From: a virus
Reading direction: 5' to 3' (one strand)
IMG/VR virus record: IMGVR_UViG_3300005573_000052
DNA: 64,000 nt
Both the position numbers and the translations under genes were made by a program. Below, piece after piece: positions 28,601 to 36,651 of the stretch (its first letter is position 1; every line of letters begins with the position of its first letter). A model generated the notes under the pieces. It worked only from the letters and a program-made list of their open reading frames with translations. It was not told where the DNA came from and ran no database searches.

Positions 28601-29704
28601 GCAAATACGGACAAGACCAATCCGTATTATGTGTGGTATAGCATCTTGGATAATTTTGGAACCGGTGGCTCGTTGGCGACAAGCAACGATTACACTCCGA
28701 CCATTCGCGGTCCCATTGCGATCAATCCCAATTCTGTCATCAGCGGGGTGACCAATTATGGATATACGCTGACTCCAGATGGACGCATCAGTGGAATGGC
28801 GTCGATTGCGCCAACGGGCGGCGGGACGACCACACCATACGGGCGGTTTGACAAGTTGATTTTCGCGGGGTGCGATTTGCAGTCGGATAACTATGTGGCG
28901 GGGTTGTCGGGGTGGCTGTTGACGAGGAATGGTGTGTTTGAGGCGAACAGCGGACTGTTTCGTACGACGTTGGAGATTGGAACCGGAGGAAACCGAATTC
29001 ATATTGATACAAATGGATTGGTAGGTGGATATGGGGATACCGACGGATTAGATGTAAGAATTGGAAATCAAAATGGAATAGATTCAGCCGCATCATTTAC
29101 AGCTAATGTTTCGGGCAATTTTATGGGGCTATGGCAACCGTATCTCATTGGAGCGGTAAAAGGTTCATATCTATTCTTACAGACGATAGGAAGTGGATAT
29201 TCTACTTCAATGACTTACTTTGGAGGATTGTTTTTGGATAAGGCTCCACTAAACATTTCAACGGCTGATGTGACGGTGTCGAATGGCAATATATATACAT
29301 TTAATGGAAATGTGGCTTCTATTTATGGATATGTTTCTGGTCAATCCGGTCTCTTTTACAACGGCCTCTTCACCTCGGGCAACTCCACCATCGGCGGAAA
29401 CAGGCTCGAAAAACAGGGCATCACCCTCGGTTATAACCTTGACGACGTGTATGAGCCATACCTCAGGTTTCAGTCTGAACCGAGTCCGTTCAACGGCCTC
29501 TACAACGCCCGGATTTACCGGGAAGAGGGCAATGTTGGCAACCTGATTATGGAAAACGTGACGGGTGATATCTACCTGTCAACAAGCAATTCGTCCTACT
29601 ATGCCGCGTTTGGCACCTACGTGGGCACACCCGTGACCTCGGCGGGTTACATCACCATCAGGGATCAGGCGGGTAACCTGCGCAAGCTGATGGTGGGAAC
29701 GTGA
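25682..29704 (+). CDS. Central tail fibre / tip attachment protein J
   Basis: DLLSEGTI, YRYPMSALAG, WTDNPAWIFYDLITNKRYGLG, EPQFTCN, CTSRGQAIR; Fn3-like domain. Confidence 0.92.
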   Translation: MGNPVEAPNNLVSNTRLTFLDLLSEGTIGGFWPVSGVSGNSPLCSVYFDGVPLMNGDGSTNYNLSGQGFQFDYRSGTSGQFAISGFDKPETFIPLPSNTRTYNPPTGAGYYRPVVAAFNSTQYPDAEAVKVTVRVPALYAIDDDQNTNTFNISYGIDVSLNGGEWQPVMGDTIYGKCTSDYFRTTLCPLPKTPPQNTNSWKVRVRRTSQNILSSRVANELFVHAIAVVSSSTYRYPMSALAGIQITADQFGSIPSRAYDIKGIKVAIPQGYTPTQYNVTGSSPITPAVYPAVWDGTFAAEKQWTDNPAWIFYDLITNKRYGLGNYVRTEWMDKWTLYQIAQFCDQMVDDGEGGLEPQFTCNVAITQAQDAYTLMNNLVSVFRGMLYWANGRIIPVGSETRSPVFNFTNANVVNGMFNYSDTPRNTRSTVVTTKWLDPQNQFRPTPERIEDTEGIARFGYVEKQVGSFACTSRGQAIRGANWILTVEQQLTETVLLQTDLEGLYMRPGDIFGVYDNYRTNQQQGGRILSFDSTRSGMVLDRQVNLQPGLTYFMSTLVPKATYTASGDITGSDQIDLIRNSQFEVRRVYTPAGSGLSTITVSGAFTTGLMPGAPFILSASGTNATIFDQAIQYRCLATSEPSNGVTEILGVRYQTGINTYVTRNYSAVTTPVINGDLTPPGPATGLFVTGVSGLMVNNAFYTYAALVWSGSKSANLAYYRVTGIDPGGSPVLIGQPQTTGMNYSLPVTGRYAFLVGAVNANGVGSAFTSGSFTLGSANPLGVTAPLSGIYIMPEDNGLEGGPDYYYTNSSGAPTGYIGLTPTFVWNITQTNGYDEPTSQFISGYRIRLLKLGNESTSLMNSDVYISGKENQSYQIPAGYLYTGYTVAPLRGFTFSVDTVDNFGNTRSGARLAVNNVIPLPPTIERFLGFNGGFNYTINPTANSDASGLAFWWNNSSGFTPTYGNYNLVTNNIVGTANTDKTNPYYVWYSILDNFGTGGSLATSNDYTPTIRGPIAINPNSVISGVTNYGYTLTPDGRISGMASIAPTGGGTTTPYGRFDKLIFAGCDLQSDNYVAGLSGWLLTRNGVFEANSGLFRTTLEIGTGGNRIHIDTNGLVGGYGDTDGLDVRIGNQNGIDSAASFTANVSGNFMGLWQPYLIGAVKGSYLFLQTIGSGYSTSMTYFGGLFLDKAPLNISTADVTVSNGNIYTFNGNVASIYGYVSGQSGLFYNGLFTSGNSTIGGNRLEKQGITLGYNLDDVYEPYLRFQSEPSPFNGLYNARIYREEGNVGNLIMENVTGDIYLSTSNSSYYAAFGTYVGTPVTSAGYITIRDQAGNLRKLMVGT

Positions 29705-29741
29705 CCGGATTTTGGTCTAGACACCTGATTCGCGCCGCCGG

Positions 29742-29771
29742 TTGACACGTTCACCCCAACTGATCTATAAT
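29742..29771 (+). promoter_or_regulatory. Consensus sigma70 promoter TTGACA-N18-TATAAT
   Basis: Perfect hexamers upstream of 29782. Confidence 0.75.
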
Positions 29772-29781
29772 TGACGTTGCC

Positions 29782-30075
29782 ATGACCGAGCAACCCCCCT
29801 CAGCCCCTCCTCTCACCCTCCTCTCCGCCTTCGCATCCCAGTTCAACAAGGACTTGGCGGGATTCGATGCCAAGACGAAGGAGGCCGAGGAGCGCATTAC
29901 CCAGCTTCGTGCCCAAATCGCCGAACTGGAGAAGCAACTGGTCGCGCTGGCGGGTGGACGGACCTATTGTGAGTATTGCTTAGCCGAAACGCGCCGGTTG
30001 GAGGCAGAGGCGAAGACAGGTCAAGTTGCTGCTTCCGATTCGCGCGGGCCGGGCGAAACTGGCACAATCGCCTAA
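29782..30075 (+). CDS. Small coiled-coil protein
   Basis: Heptad-like segment; its stop overlaps the stop of the convergent gene. Confidence 0.65.
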   Translation: MTEQPPSAPPLTLLSAFASQFNKDLAGFDAKTKEAEERITQLRAQIAELEKQLVALAGGRTYCEYCLAETRRLEAEAKTGQVAASDSRGPGETGTIA

Positions 30076-31175
30076 CTGGCCGCGCCGCCGGAAAAGATGA
30101 ACCCGTTGGGCGAGCCGATAAGTCCGCGCCACGTAAACCGGACGCTGTCCATGGGACCGATAGAGCTGCTAAAGGATTGATTGGCTAGGCGCAGTTGGTC
30201 GGTGTAAAACCCGAACAGTGTGGTTCCCGCGCATGGCTTGCGCACGATGAGGTTGACCTGCATACCACTACCCAGACAGTCGATGCGCTGGAGCTGGTCG
30301 GCCTGATAGCGCGAAACCACGGCCTCAGCAGTCAGCTCTACCGTCAATGGCCAGATAGTCGTGCGATTGGGCGGATAGACGAAGCCTAGCGGGCGCAATT
30401 CCTGCCGGTTCGCCGTGACACTCAGATTGCAAGACTGGAGATAGCACGCCTGTTCACCCGAGAAGACGGTGGCGAAGGCGGTGGTGGGGGTGTTGAGCGG
30501 TGTGCCGGGCGGAAGAGGGAACTGAAGCAACAGGTCCTTGGCCCCGACCGCCGCGACCAGCTCGTTGTCTGGGTCGTATTGGGGGGTGGCGGGGGGAAGA
30601 AGGAATATCCCGGTGGACTGCGCTCCATCCTGAGCATTGACGGTAGGGACGAGATTGCCTCCGGTGGGCATTCCGGTGTAGAGAAATGCGGATAGACAGG
30701 TAAGCGATGCGGCTGACTGGACAATGCTGCCGACCTGCGCGGACAGATTGTAGGTGTTGAACAGGCCTTGGGAGAATGCCACGACCGTTCGTTCTGTTCC
30801 GGTCACCCCAATCAAATCCGCCCCCTGCTCGTTGTTGATTCCGACGTAGTAGTTCTGCTCCACGTCCACGTTGGTCAGCCCCGTGTAGTAGGGGTTGGTA
30901 AGGACGCCGAGCCCCACCGCCGCTTCATTAGCCCCGTCCGTATCATACCATGCGATGTTGAGGCTGACCGGGGTATAGGTATTGAGAGATGATTCGGTCC
31001 CAGCGTCCAGATAGGCCACCTGTTCCAGCGGGTAGTCGAGGGACCAAGAGGCCTCCTGCACGCGCGCGAGCTGAAGAAAGTTGCCCGAGTAAGACTGGTC
31101 GGATGCGGCCCCGCTGATGGAACAGTAGACGGCCTTGCTGGAGTAGCGTTCGTAGCCGGGGGAGGAGAAGGACAT
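30072..31175 (-). CDS. Tail tube-like protein (paralog 3)
   Basis: LARVQEASWSLDYPLEQV and YLQSCNLSVTANRQELRPLGFVYP align with the 11368 protein. Confidence 0.6.
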   Translation of the reverse strand: MSFSSPGYERYSSKAVYCSISGAASDQSYSGNFLQLARVQEASWSLDYPLEQVAYLDAGTESSLNTYTPVSLNIAWYDTDGANEAAVGLGVLTNPYYTGLTNVDVEQNYYVGINNEQGADLIGVTGTERTVVAFSQGLFNTYNLSAQVGSIVQSAASLTCLSAFLYTGMPTGGNLVPTVNAQDGAQSTGIFLLPPATPQYDPDNELVAAVGAKDLLLQFPLPPGTPLNTPTTAFATVFSGEQACYLQSCNLSVTANRQELRPLGFVYPPNRTTIWPLTVELTAEAVVSRYQADQLQRIDCLGSGMQVNLIVRKPCAGTTLFGFYTDQLRLANQSFSSSIGPMDSVRFTWRGLIGSPNGFIFSGGAAS

Positions 31176-31216
31176 GGTGGCGTGGGCTTAGTCGCGCGAA
31201 ACGGGCGCGTCCCCGG

Positions 31217-31738
31217 TTAAGGCCAAATATAAGCCTGTGACCAAATGGGTCCCAAAATTGAGTAATAGGACACGTCGCGCGGCACGTTGGAATTTTGCAC
31301 ATTTTCCACGTATTGGTTAACCAATTGACGCAACACCCTATTGGCTTCGACGGACATGTCCATATAGACCTTGCCGATGGAGGCGGCGTTGACCTGTGTG
31401 ACCACACCGTCGCCTTCCCGCACGCTCTGCCACGGGATGGTGCTTCCACCTACACCCATGGTGGCCTGACTAAGTGACGAGTAATACGAGGTTACAAACA
31501 TAGCCCCAACAATTGCCATCTCGGCAGCAAAGAGCTGTGGGGTCACATCATAGTTGACTGAACCAGCTCCGGTATAGCCCGAGCCAGAGTAACAGGTCGA
31601 GATATAGGTGTTCAGACGCCCGATGGTGTTGGGCTGGCAAGCATAACCGGAGATGGTCAGAGCCGAGAGATTGGCGGGGCTACCAAGGTCAATCCAGAGA
31701 CCAGTTGACCAGAGTCCGATGAAATCGCTGCTTAGCAT
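31217..31738 (-). CDS. Putative head-tail connector/adaptor
   Basis: Helical, ~170 aa, downstream of the capsid module; SVREGDGVV resembles adaptor S.SEGD.S motif. Confidence 0.5.
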   Translation of the reverse strand: MLSSDFIGLWSTGLWIDLGSPANLSALTISGYACQPNTIGRLNTYISTCYSGSGYTGAGSVNYDVTPQLFAAEMAIVGAMFVTSYYSSLSQATMGVGGSTIPWQSVREGDGVVTQVNAASIGKVYMDMSVEANRVLRQLVNQYVENVQNSNVPRDVSYYSILGPIWSQAYIWP

Positions 31739-31808
31739 GATGGGAATGGGGCTGAAGAAGGGGAAAGGAAAAAGGGTGGGAATCGACCCATGAGTCAATC
31801 CACCCCTC

Positions 31809-31816
31809 TATACACC
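31809..31816 (-). promoter_or_regulatory. Late promoter GGTGTATA
   Basis: TATACACC on + strand, upstream of 31738. Confidence 0.75.
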
Positions 31817-31867
31817 CCTCCCGTCCGCGCGAAAGGGCAAATCAGGCACTACCTAGGGGATGTGTGC

Positions 31868-32104
31868 CTAGCTCTTGAACCAGATAGCGGCGTCACCCAA
31901 TGCCCGGACAAGCCAGTTATCCGGTTTGGACAACCAGCTAACCACCTGAAACGGAATGAGCACGGGTGCGGCGGCGACCCAGAATAGGCCCTGTTTCCAC
32001 CAGCGCGCGAACGGTTGGGGTAGTTGCTCGATGGCGAGGTAGAGGGCGGAGGCGACCCCAATCCAGATGAGAACGGCGAGGACGAAGAGAATGGTGGAAA
32101 TCAT
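31868..32104 (-). CDS. Small membrane protein (holin-like candidate)
   Basis: Two hydrophobic segments in 78 aa. Confidence 0.45.
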   Translation of the reverse strand: MISTILFVLAVLIWIGVASALYLAIEQLPQPFARWWKQGLFWVAAAPVLIPFQVVSWLSKPDNWLVRALGDAAIWFKS

Positions 32105-32117
32105 GGGTGAAAACGGG

Positions 32118-32648
32118 TTAACGGTTGAGAAGTTGGCGGCGAATGGCATTCTGTGCGTCAATCTGCTCCTGTGTGAATCGGGAGGAACGGGGGACGACCA
32201 CCCGGGCGGTCGCAGTCCACTCGGTCTGCAACCGCTTAATCAGGCGCTCCTTGTCGTCAATGGGGACTAGCTTGGCTTCCTCGACAGCGTGGCGATGAAG
32301 CTCGGAGGTGCTGAGCCCGCGCAGATAGGCGGTGTAGTCGGCCATGGTGGTATAGTGAGACATCGAGGCCTTGGAGACCGATTGGGCCGAGCGGGTGAGC
32401 TGGGCCACGTTGGTGATGGGGCCGTTGCCAAGGATGGTGACGGCACCGTGAGCTTGATGGGCGGGCTGTTTGGCTCCGGTGGAAGATTGGGTGGACGGGG
32501 TAGCTGCACCATCGACGGAAGAGGCGGACGCTACGGTTTCGGCAACGGAGGGTGACGGAGCCGTGGTCAGCGCGCCATTTGATTCGATAGGGGTGGAACG
32601 GGCCTTGTTCGCGCGGACGCGACGGGGAGCGGGGGAGGAGTTAGCCAT
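32118..32648 (-). CDS. Hypothetical protein (disordered N-terminus, small helical C-terminal domain)
   Basis: ORF downstream of a late promoter. Confidence 0.6.
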   Translation of the reverse strand: MANSSPAPRRVRANKARSTPIESNGALTTAPSPSVAETVASASSVDGAATPSTQSSTGAKQPAHQAHGAVTILGNGPITNVAQLTRSAQSVSKASMSHYTTMADYTAYLRGLSTSELHRHAVEEAKLVPIDDKERLIKRLQTEWTATARVVVPRSSRFTQEQIDAQNAIRRQLLNR

Positions 32649-32728
32649 GGGATGAGGATTGATGATGGATGTTAACCTTGACCTGCCGGGAAACCTAGAG
32701 CCGGGAATGGCTATAAGTGGCAGGATAG

Positions 32729-32736
32729 GATACACC
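32729..32736 (-). promoter_or_regulatory. Late promoter variant GGTGTATC
   Basis: Abuts the stop codon of the tandem LAGLIDADG gene. Confidence 0.65.
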
Positions 32737-34538
32737 TAGGGCGACGTGGTTTGTGGGGAGGAAGAGATGGGTTCGGTGTAAGTAGTTGGGGATGACCCGT
32801 TTAGGATAGACGTAAAAAAGGATTCGGGGGGCCAGATGTCAGTTCGCGCCTTCCAAAAGTCAACAATAGCCAAAATGGCAGGATTGTCCCATTTGCGGGA
32901 CAGGTTGGGAGTGGGGAGGCGGCGGAGGAGGGTGAAGAGGACGGCGGCTTGGAGACCACGGACCGTGAAGTAGTAGCAGGTTTCGTCATCACCTTGGCGG
33001 ACAAGGGATTCGCGCCCTCGATCAATACGGGGGAGATTGAGGTCGTCTATCGCGCGCTTGATGCCAGCGATTATCTCGCGGTTCACCCCGCAGACCATAA
33101 TGGTCATGGAGCCGGGCTGGTTGGAGCGGGTGACACAGCCGTCGCCGTCAATGAAGCCGCGAAGGAAGCTGAGTTTGGAAATGATGTCGGGGAAGGTGGG
33201 AAGCTCGCAACGAAGAGTCTTGTTGACCGTGATGTTGAAATTGCGTTCTAGGTCAGCGTGCCATTCGGTGGCGCTCTCGATGGAAATACGGCACTGAGGA
33301 GTGGGACCGGCCTTAGCTCCCGGAAGATTGCATTCGGCCATGAAGTTGACAATGGGCTGTTCTAACTTGGTCTCAGCCTTGAACCACTCAAGCAGACACC
33401 GGTCTTTTTCGGCTACTGACCAGCGAACAGCCTTGGAATTCCGGTTGATAAACAGACACCCATCAGTGCAAATCAGGCCCGCCCAGTAAGATGTGCGCGG
33501 GGTGATGGTGGAGAAAAAGGAGCGGTCGTAGTCATACTTGGGGTAGCTGCCGTATTCGCGGGTGCGAAGGGCGGTCATCGACTCAATGTGAGCTATTGCG
33601 CTCGTCAGCCCAAATGTTGCGGCGATTTCGGGTAACGGGTGGGTTTCGCGTAGGGCAGACAGGGCAATTGGGGATACGTTGGCTGACTCGACCATTTCCA
33701 CATAGCGGCGCAACTTGCTCCATTTGCGTTCCAAACGGATGATGTCAAGTGACAGGAATATCTTGGCCAGCCAATAGACCTTGGCTCCGCCCACCGAGTA
33801 ATTGAAGGTGCTGTCGGCCTCCTTGAAGCGCACGATTGCCGCGTCGGACTCGGGCGCCCATTGGTCAAAATGGGCCTTGACCCAAGTAAGCATCGTCTCC
33901 TTCCCGCCCAGCGAAATGTTATACTTGGTTGTGTCGGTTTCGGACACATATTCGACAATCCATCCGTTGCCGTCAATCAGTCCCGAGATGAACGCGGCGA
34001 CGAGGCGCGGGTCTGAGATATTGGGTGGACGCAGGGTCTCGGTCTTGCGCGGAAAGATATTCCAGTGCTCGCCGAGCTTGGCACAGATTTCCCCGCCGGT
34101 TATCTGCATTCGGGACAGCGAGTAGGTCTTCTTGTTACCGTCAGCGTCGGGCTTTACGAACTCGTCAAACGCGTGGTTCTCGGAGTCAAGGATGTTGGCT
34201 GTGGAGTCAAGTGCGGCGCGCACTGCCTCAAGATGAGCCCGGTCCTTGCTGGACATGTTGAAGACGAGGCGGGGCTCTCCAGACGTGACACTGCCGTTTC
34301 CTGCGATGAACCCGGCTACAGCGCAGTTTTGCTCGGTCGGAGTGTCAAAGTAGTGCCGGTTGTGGACGGGCAGCACCTTGATGGCTATTTCCAGCTTCTG
34401 CGCCCGAGAGCGGATGGAGTCGTAAGTGCGCCCCGGGAGAAATGCCATCACCTCTCTGATGGTCTTGCAGGTGGCGAATTTTTCGCGGAGGAGGGCGTCT
34501 TCGGTGGAAGACCAAGGGGTAGAGACAGAGATAGACAT
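32736..34538 (-). CDS. Tandem (four-motif) LAGLIDADG endonuclease with N-terminal Myb-like HTH
   Basis: VAGFIAGNG, ISGLIDGNG, WAGLICTDG, LRGFIDGDG; WSSTEDALLRE. Confidence 0.82.
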   Translation of the reverse strand: MSISVSTPWSSTEDALLREKFATCKTIREVMAFLPGRTYDSIRSRAQKLEIAIKVLPVHNRHYFDTPTEQNCAVAGFIAGNGSVTSGEPRLVFNMSSKDRAHLEAVRAALDSTANILDSENHAFDEFVKPDADGNKKTYSLSRMQITGGEICAKLGEHWNIFPRKTETLRPPNISDPRLVAAFISGLIDGNGWIVEYVSETDTTKYNISLGGKETMLTWVKAHFDQWAPESDAAIVRFKEADSTFNYSVGGAKVYWLAKIFLSLDIIRLERKWSKLRRYVEMVESANVSPIALSALRETHPLPEIAATFGLTSAIAHIESMTALRTREYGSYPKYDYDRSFFSTITPRTSYWAGLICTDGCLFINRNSKAVRWSVAEKDRCLLEWFKAETKLEQPIVNFMAECNLPGAKAGPTPQCRISIESATEWHADLERNFNITVNKTLRCELPTFPDIISKLSFLRGFIDGDGCVTRSNQPGSMTIMVCGVNREIIAGIKRAIDDLNLPRIDRGRESLVRQGDDETCYYFTVRGLQAAVLFTLLRRLPTPNLSRKWDNPAILAIVDFWKARTDIWPPESFFTSILNGSSPTTYTEPISSSPQTTSP

Positions 34539-34592
34539 AAGGTGTCAGTGTTGGGGTATAATGGAGTAGGTAGTGTTGATGGGTGGTATGTC

Positions 34593-34622
34593 ATTATACA
34601 CCTGTGATAGGCTCTCTGTCAA
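34593..34622 (-). promoter_or_regulatory. Hybrid promoter: TTGACA-N18-TATAAT overlapping GGTGTATA (34595-34602)
   Basis: Minus strand reads TTGACAgagagcctatcacaggtgTATAAT. Confidence 0.75.
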
Positions 34623-34661
34623 CCCAACTCGATAAAATAAGTAACCGCCTGAAATGGGCAC

Positions 34662-34690
34662 AAAAAAAGACCCGCCAGTGAAGCGGGTCT
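34662..34690 (-). terminator. Rho-independent terminator after the major capsid gene
   Basis: AGACCCGC-TTCACTG-GCGGGTCT followed by T7. Confidence 0.85.
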
Positions 34691-34720
34691 CGTTGTGTAA
34701 GTCGTTGGACTAGAGGGAGA

Positions 34721-35896
34721 TCAGAAGCTGCATCCAAACTTGGCGCGCCCCTCTACTGAGACGAAACCTTCGCGCTTGGACCCCGTCATCCCGAGTTTCT
34801 CTGACCGCACAGTAAACGTGTCGTCGTTGACAAGCGAGAATTCTGATCCCTCGTCACTTGCACTCAACCGTGCCAGATCGAACATCTCGCTGTTGAGACC
34901 AACAACAATTTGCTCGCTCGCCGGGTCGAATACCGACGTGGAACCACCACCAAAACCGGTGCCGAAGCCCGGGAGCTGAACTGAACCCATGGCCGTGGCG
35001 AAGGTCTGGTTGTAGGGGCGGGAAACACCCATTTCATAGACCTTGTGGAGGATGACATCAAACAGCGTGGGGATGCCACCACCGTTGAAGATTTGCTCGC
35101 GGACGGACTCGGGAGCCGCGATGGACGAGCCGCCCTGAGTGGCAACTGCGCCCTGCACGGTGTTGGAAGGCTGATACGCGATGGCGCGAATCTGGCCCAT
35201 CCACTCGGGCGAACCGAGCATGTCGGTCAGTGCGCGGCGGTCGAGGACCGGGGTGCCACCCACCCACGAAGCGGTGGTGCGGTCGTAACCGATCATCATG
35301 GTGTTGAAGTCGTCCAACTGGAAGCGACCGGCGGTGTTAGCACGGGCCAACGTCAAGTTGTTGGTCGCGGTGTTGGAGGCATTGCCGTCAATGCGGGCAC
35401 CGGCCAGCGAGTTGAAGAGGATGAACGACGCGTTGGTCTCGGAGACCAGCAGCACTTCCTGCACCAGACGGGTCAGACCGTTGGCGAGGTGGTCGATGTT
35501 ACCGGCGCGCAAGTAGTTCTTGTTGAACGAGATGGCGCTGTCCACGGGATAGGTCTGAACGAAGAGTTCAGTTGCACCCTGCTGGAAGTTGGTGGCGGTG
35601 CCGCCCGGCTGGCTGTTGGTCCAAACGTTCAGCATGTTGCGCTGACGGACATCGAAGTAGTCGTCCAGCGGGATGGTGGACGGAGTATTGATGTCGTAAA
35701 CCAGCGTGGTGAACAGGTTCGAGATGACCGGAGCCTGCTCGATGACCTGACGAATCGGACGGGTCATGACCGCCGCGAGAGCCTCGGTGGCAGCAAGGGA
35801 CTCCGTCTTGTTCTTGGAGCCCATGCGCTTGACGAGGTCAAGGGAGGCAGGGGTGCGGTCCAATTGGACCCGAAGATTGCGCTTTTTGATATTCAT
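34721..35896 (-). CDS. Major capsid protein
   Basis: 391 aa; last gene of portal-protease-decoration operon; strongly biased codons; strong terminator. Confidence 0.8.
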   Translation of the reverse strand: MNIKKRNLRVQLDRTPASLDLVKRMGSKNKTESLAATEALAAVMTRPIRQVIEQAPVISNLFTTLVYDINTPSTIPLDDYFDVRQRNMLNVWTNSQPGGTATNFQQGATELFVQTYPVDSAISFNKNYLRAGNIDHLANGLTRLVQEVLLVSETNASFILFNSLAGARIDGNASNTATNNLTLARANTAGRFQLDDFNTMMIGYDRTTASWVGGTPVLDRRALTDMLGSPEWMGQIRAIAYQPSNTVQGAVATQGGSSIAAPESVREQIFNGGGIPTLFDVILHKVYEMGVSRPYNQTFATAMGSVQLPGFGTGFGGGSTSVFDPASEQIVVGLNSEMFDLARLSASDEGSEFSLVNDDTFTVRSEKLGMTGSKREGFVSVEGRAKFGCSF

Positions 35897-35945
35897 GATA
35901 AGGGTAAGTAGATTGGGATACCGAGGTGGTGGTTGGGGTTACTGG

Positions 35946-36569
35946 TTAGAGTTCCAGCTTGAGCTGGGCATAACCACCGAAAGCGGAACCGGAGTAGCTG
36001 AGCCACTTGCCGACGATTTGGGAGCCAGTGTAGGTGTAGCCGCCAGTAGCGAGCTGACCAGCGATGGCTCCGGCGGGATTGACCGCCTCGACCTTGCCCG
36101 CGCCGCCCGTCGAAACCACGGCGACGTAGCCCGGGAAGGGCGTGCCGATGATCTGGCTGAGCTTGAGGGTCACAATGCCGCGCGACAGAATCGGGGTGGC
36201 GAAACCGGTCTGGACAAAGCCACGGTCGAGGGTCTTGTCATAGGGCTGGTTGGCCAGCAAGTTGCCGTTTTCATCGGTAAGAGCCGTGGTATGCAGGGTG
36301 ATGCCGAGAGTGTTGTAGCGGGTGTCGCCAGCCTGCGTCGGGCGAACACGACGGGGCGTGTTGTAGCGATAGGAGGTGACGTTGGTGAAAGCCGCAGCGA
36401 CCGCTTGGGTCGTGTATTGGCCAGCGGACAGAGCAGGGTCCTGATTGCCGGTCTGGAGAGCGACCAGTTGGCCGTTCAGACCCGTGCCATCAAGAGCATA
36501 CCAGTTGATCACTTCAGCCGGGTCATATTGGCGGAAGGGGAGGAGATTGCCATCAGTGAGGATACTCAT
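35946..36569 (-). CDS. Head decoration/cement protein
   Basis: Position between scaffold and MCP; beta-tulip-like TPILSRGIVTL..G. Confidence 0.6.
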   Translation of the reverse strand: MSILTDGNLLPFRQYDPAEVINWYALDGTGLNGQLVALQTGNQDPALSAGQYTTQAVAAAFTNVTSYRYNTPRRVRPTQAGDTRYNTLGITLHTTALTDENGNLLANQPYDKTLDRGFVQTGFATPILSRGIVTLKLSQIIGTPFPGYVAVVSTGGAGKVEAVNPAGAIAGQLATGGYTYTGSQIVGKWLSYSGSAFGGYAQLKLEL

Positions 36570-36609
36570 ATTGGGTGGGGATTAATCGCTAGAGGGAGAG
36601 TTGGAAGTC

Positions 36610-36617
36610 TATACACC
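36610..36617 (-). promoter_or_regulatory. Late promoter GGTGTATA
   Basis: Upstream of decoration and MCP genes. Confidence 0.75.
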
Positions 36618-36651
36618 GAGCAGTCGGTGGTTTATAGAATTGGGGTGAAAA

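Noticed and set aside
25682-29704. Diversity-generating retroelement targeting gpJ
   Set aside because: No reverse transcriptase and no TR/VR repeat pair seen in the window
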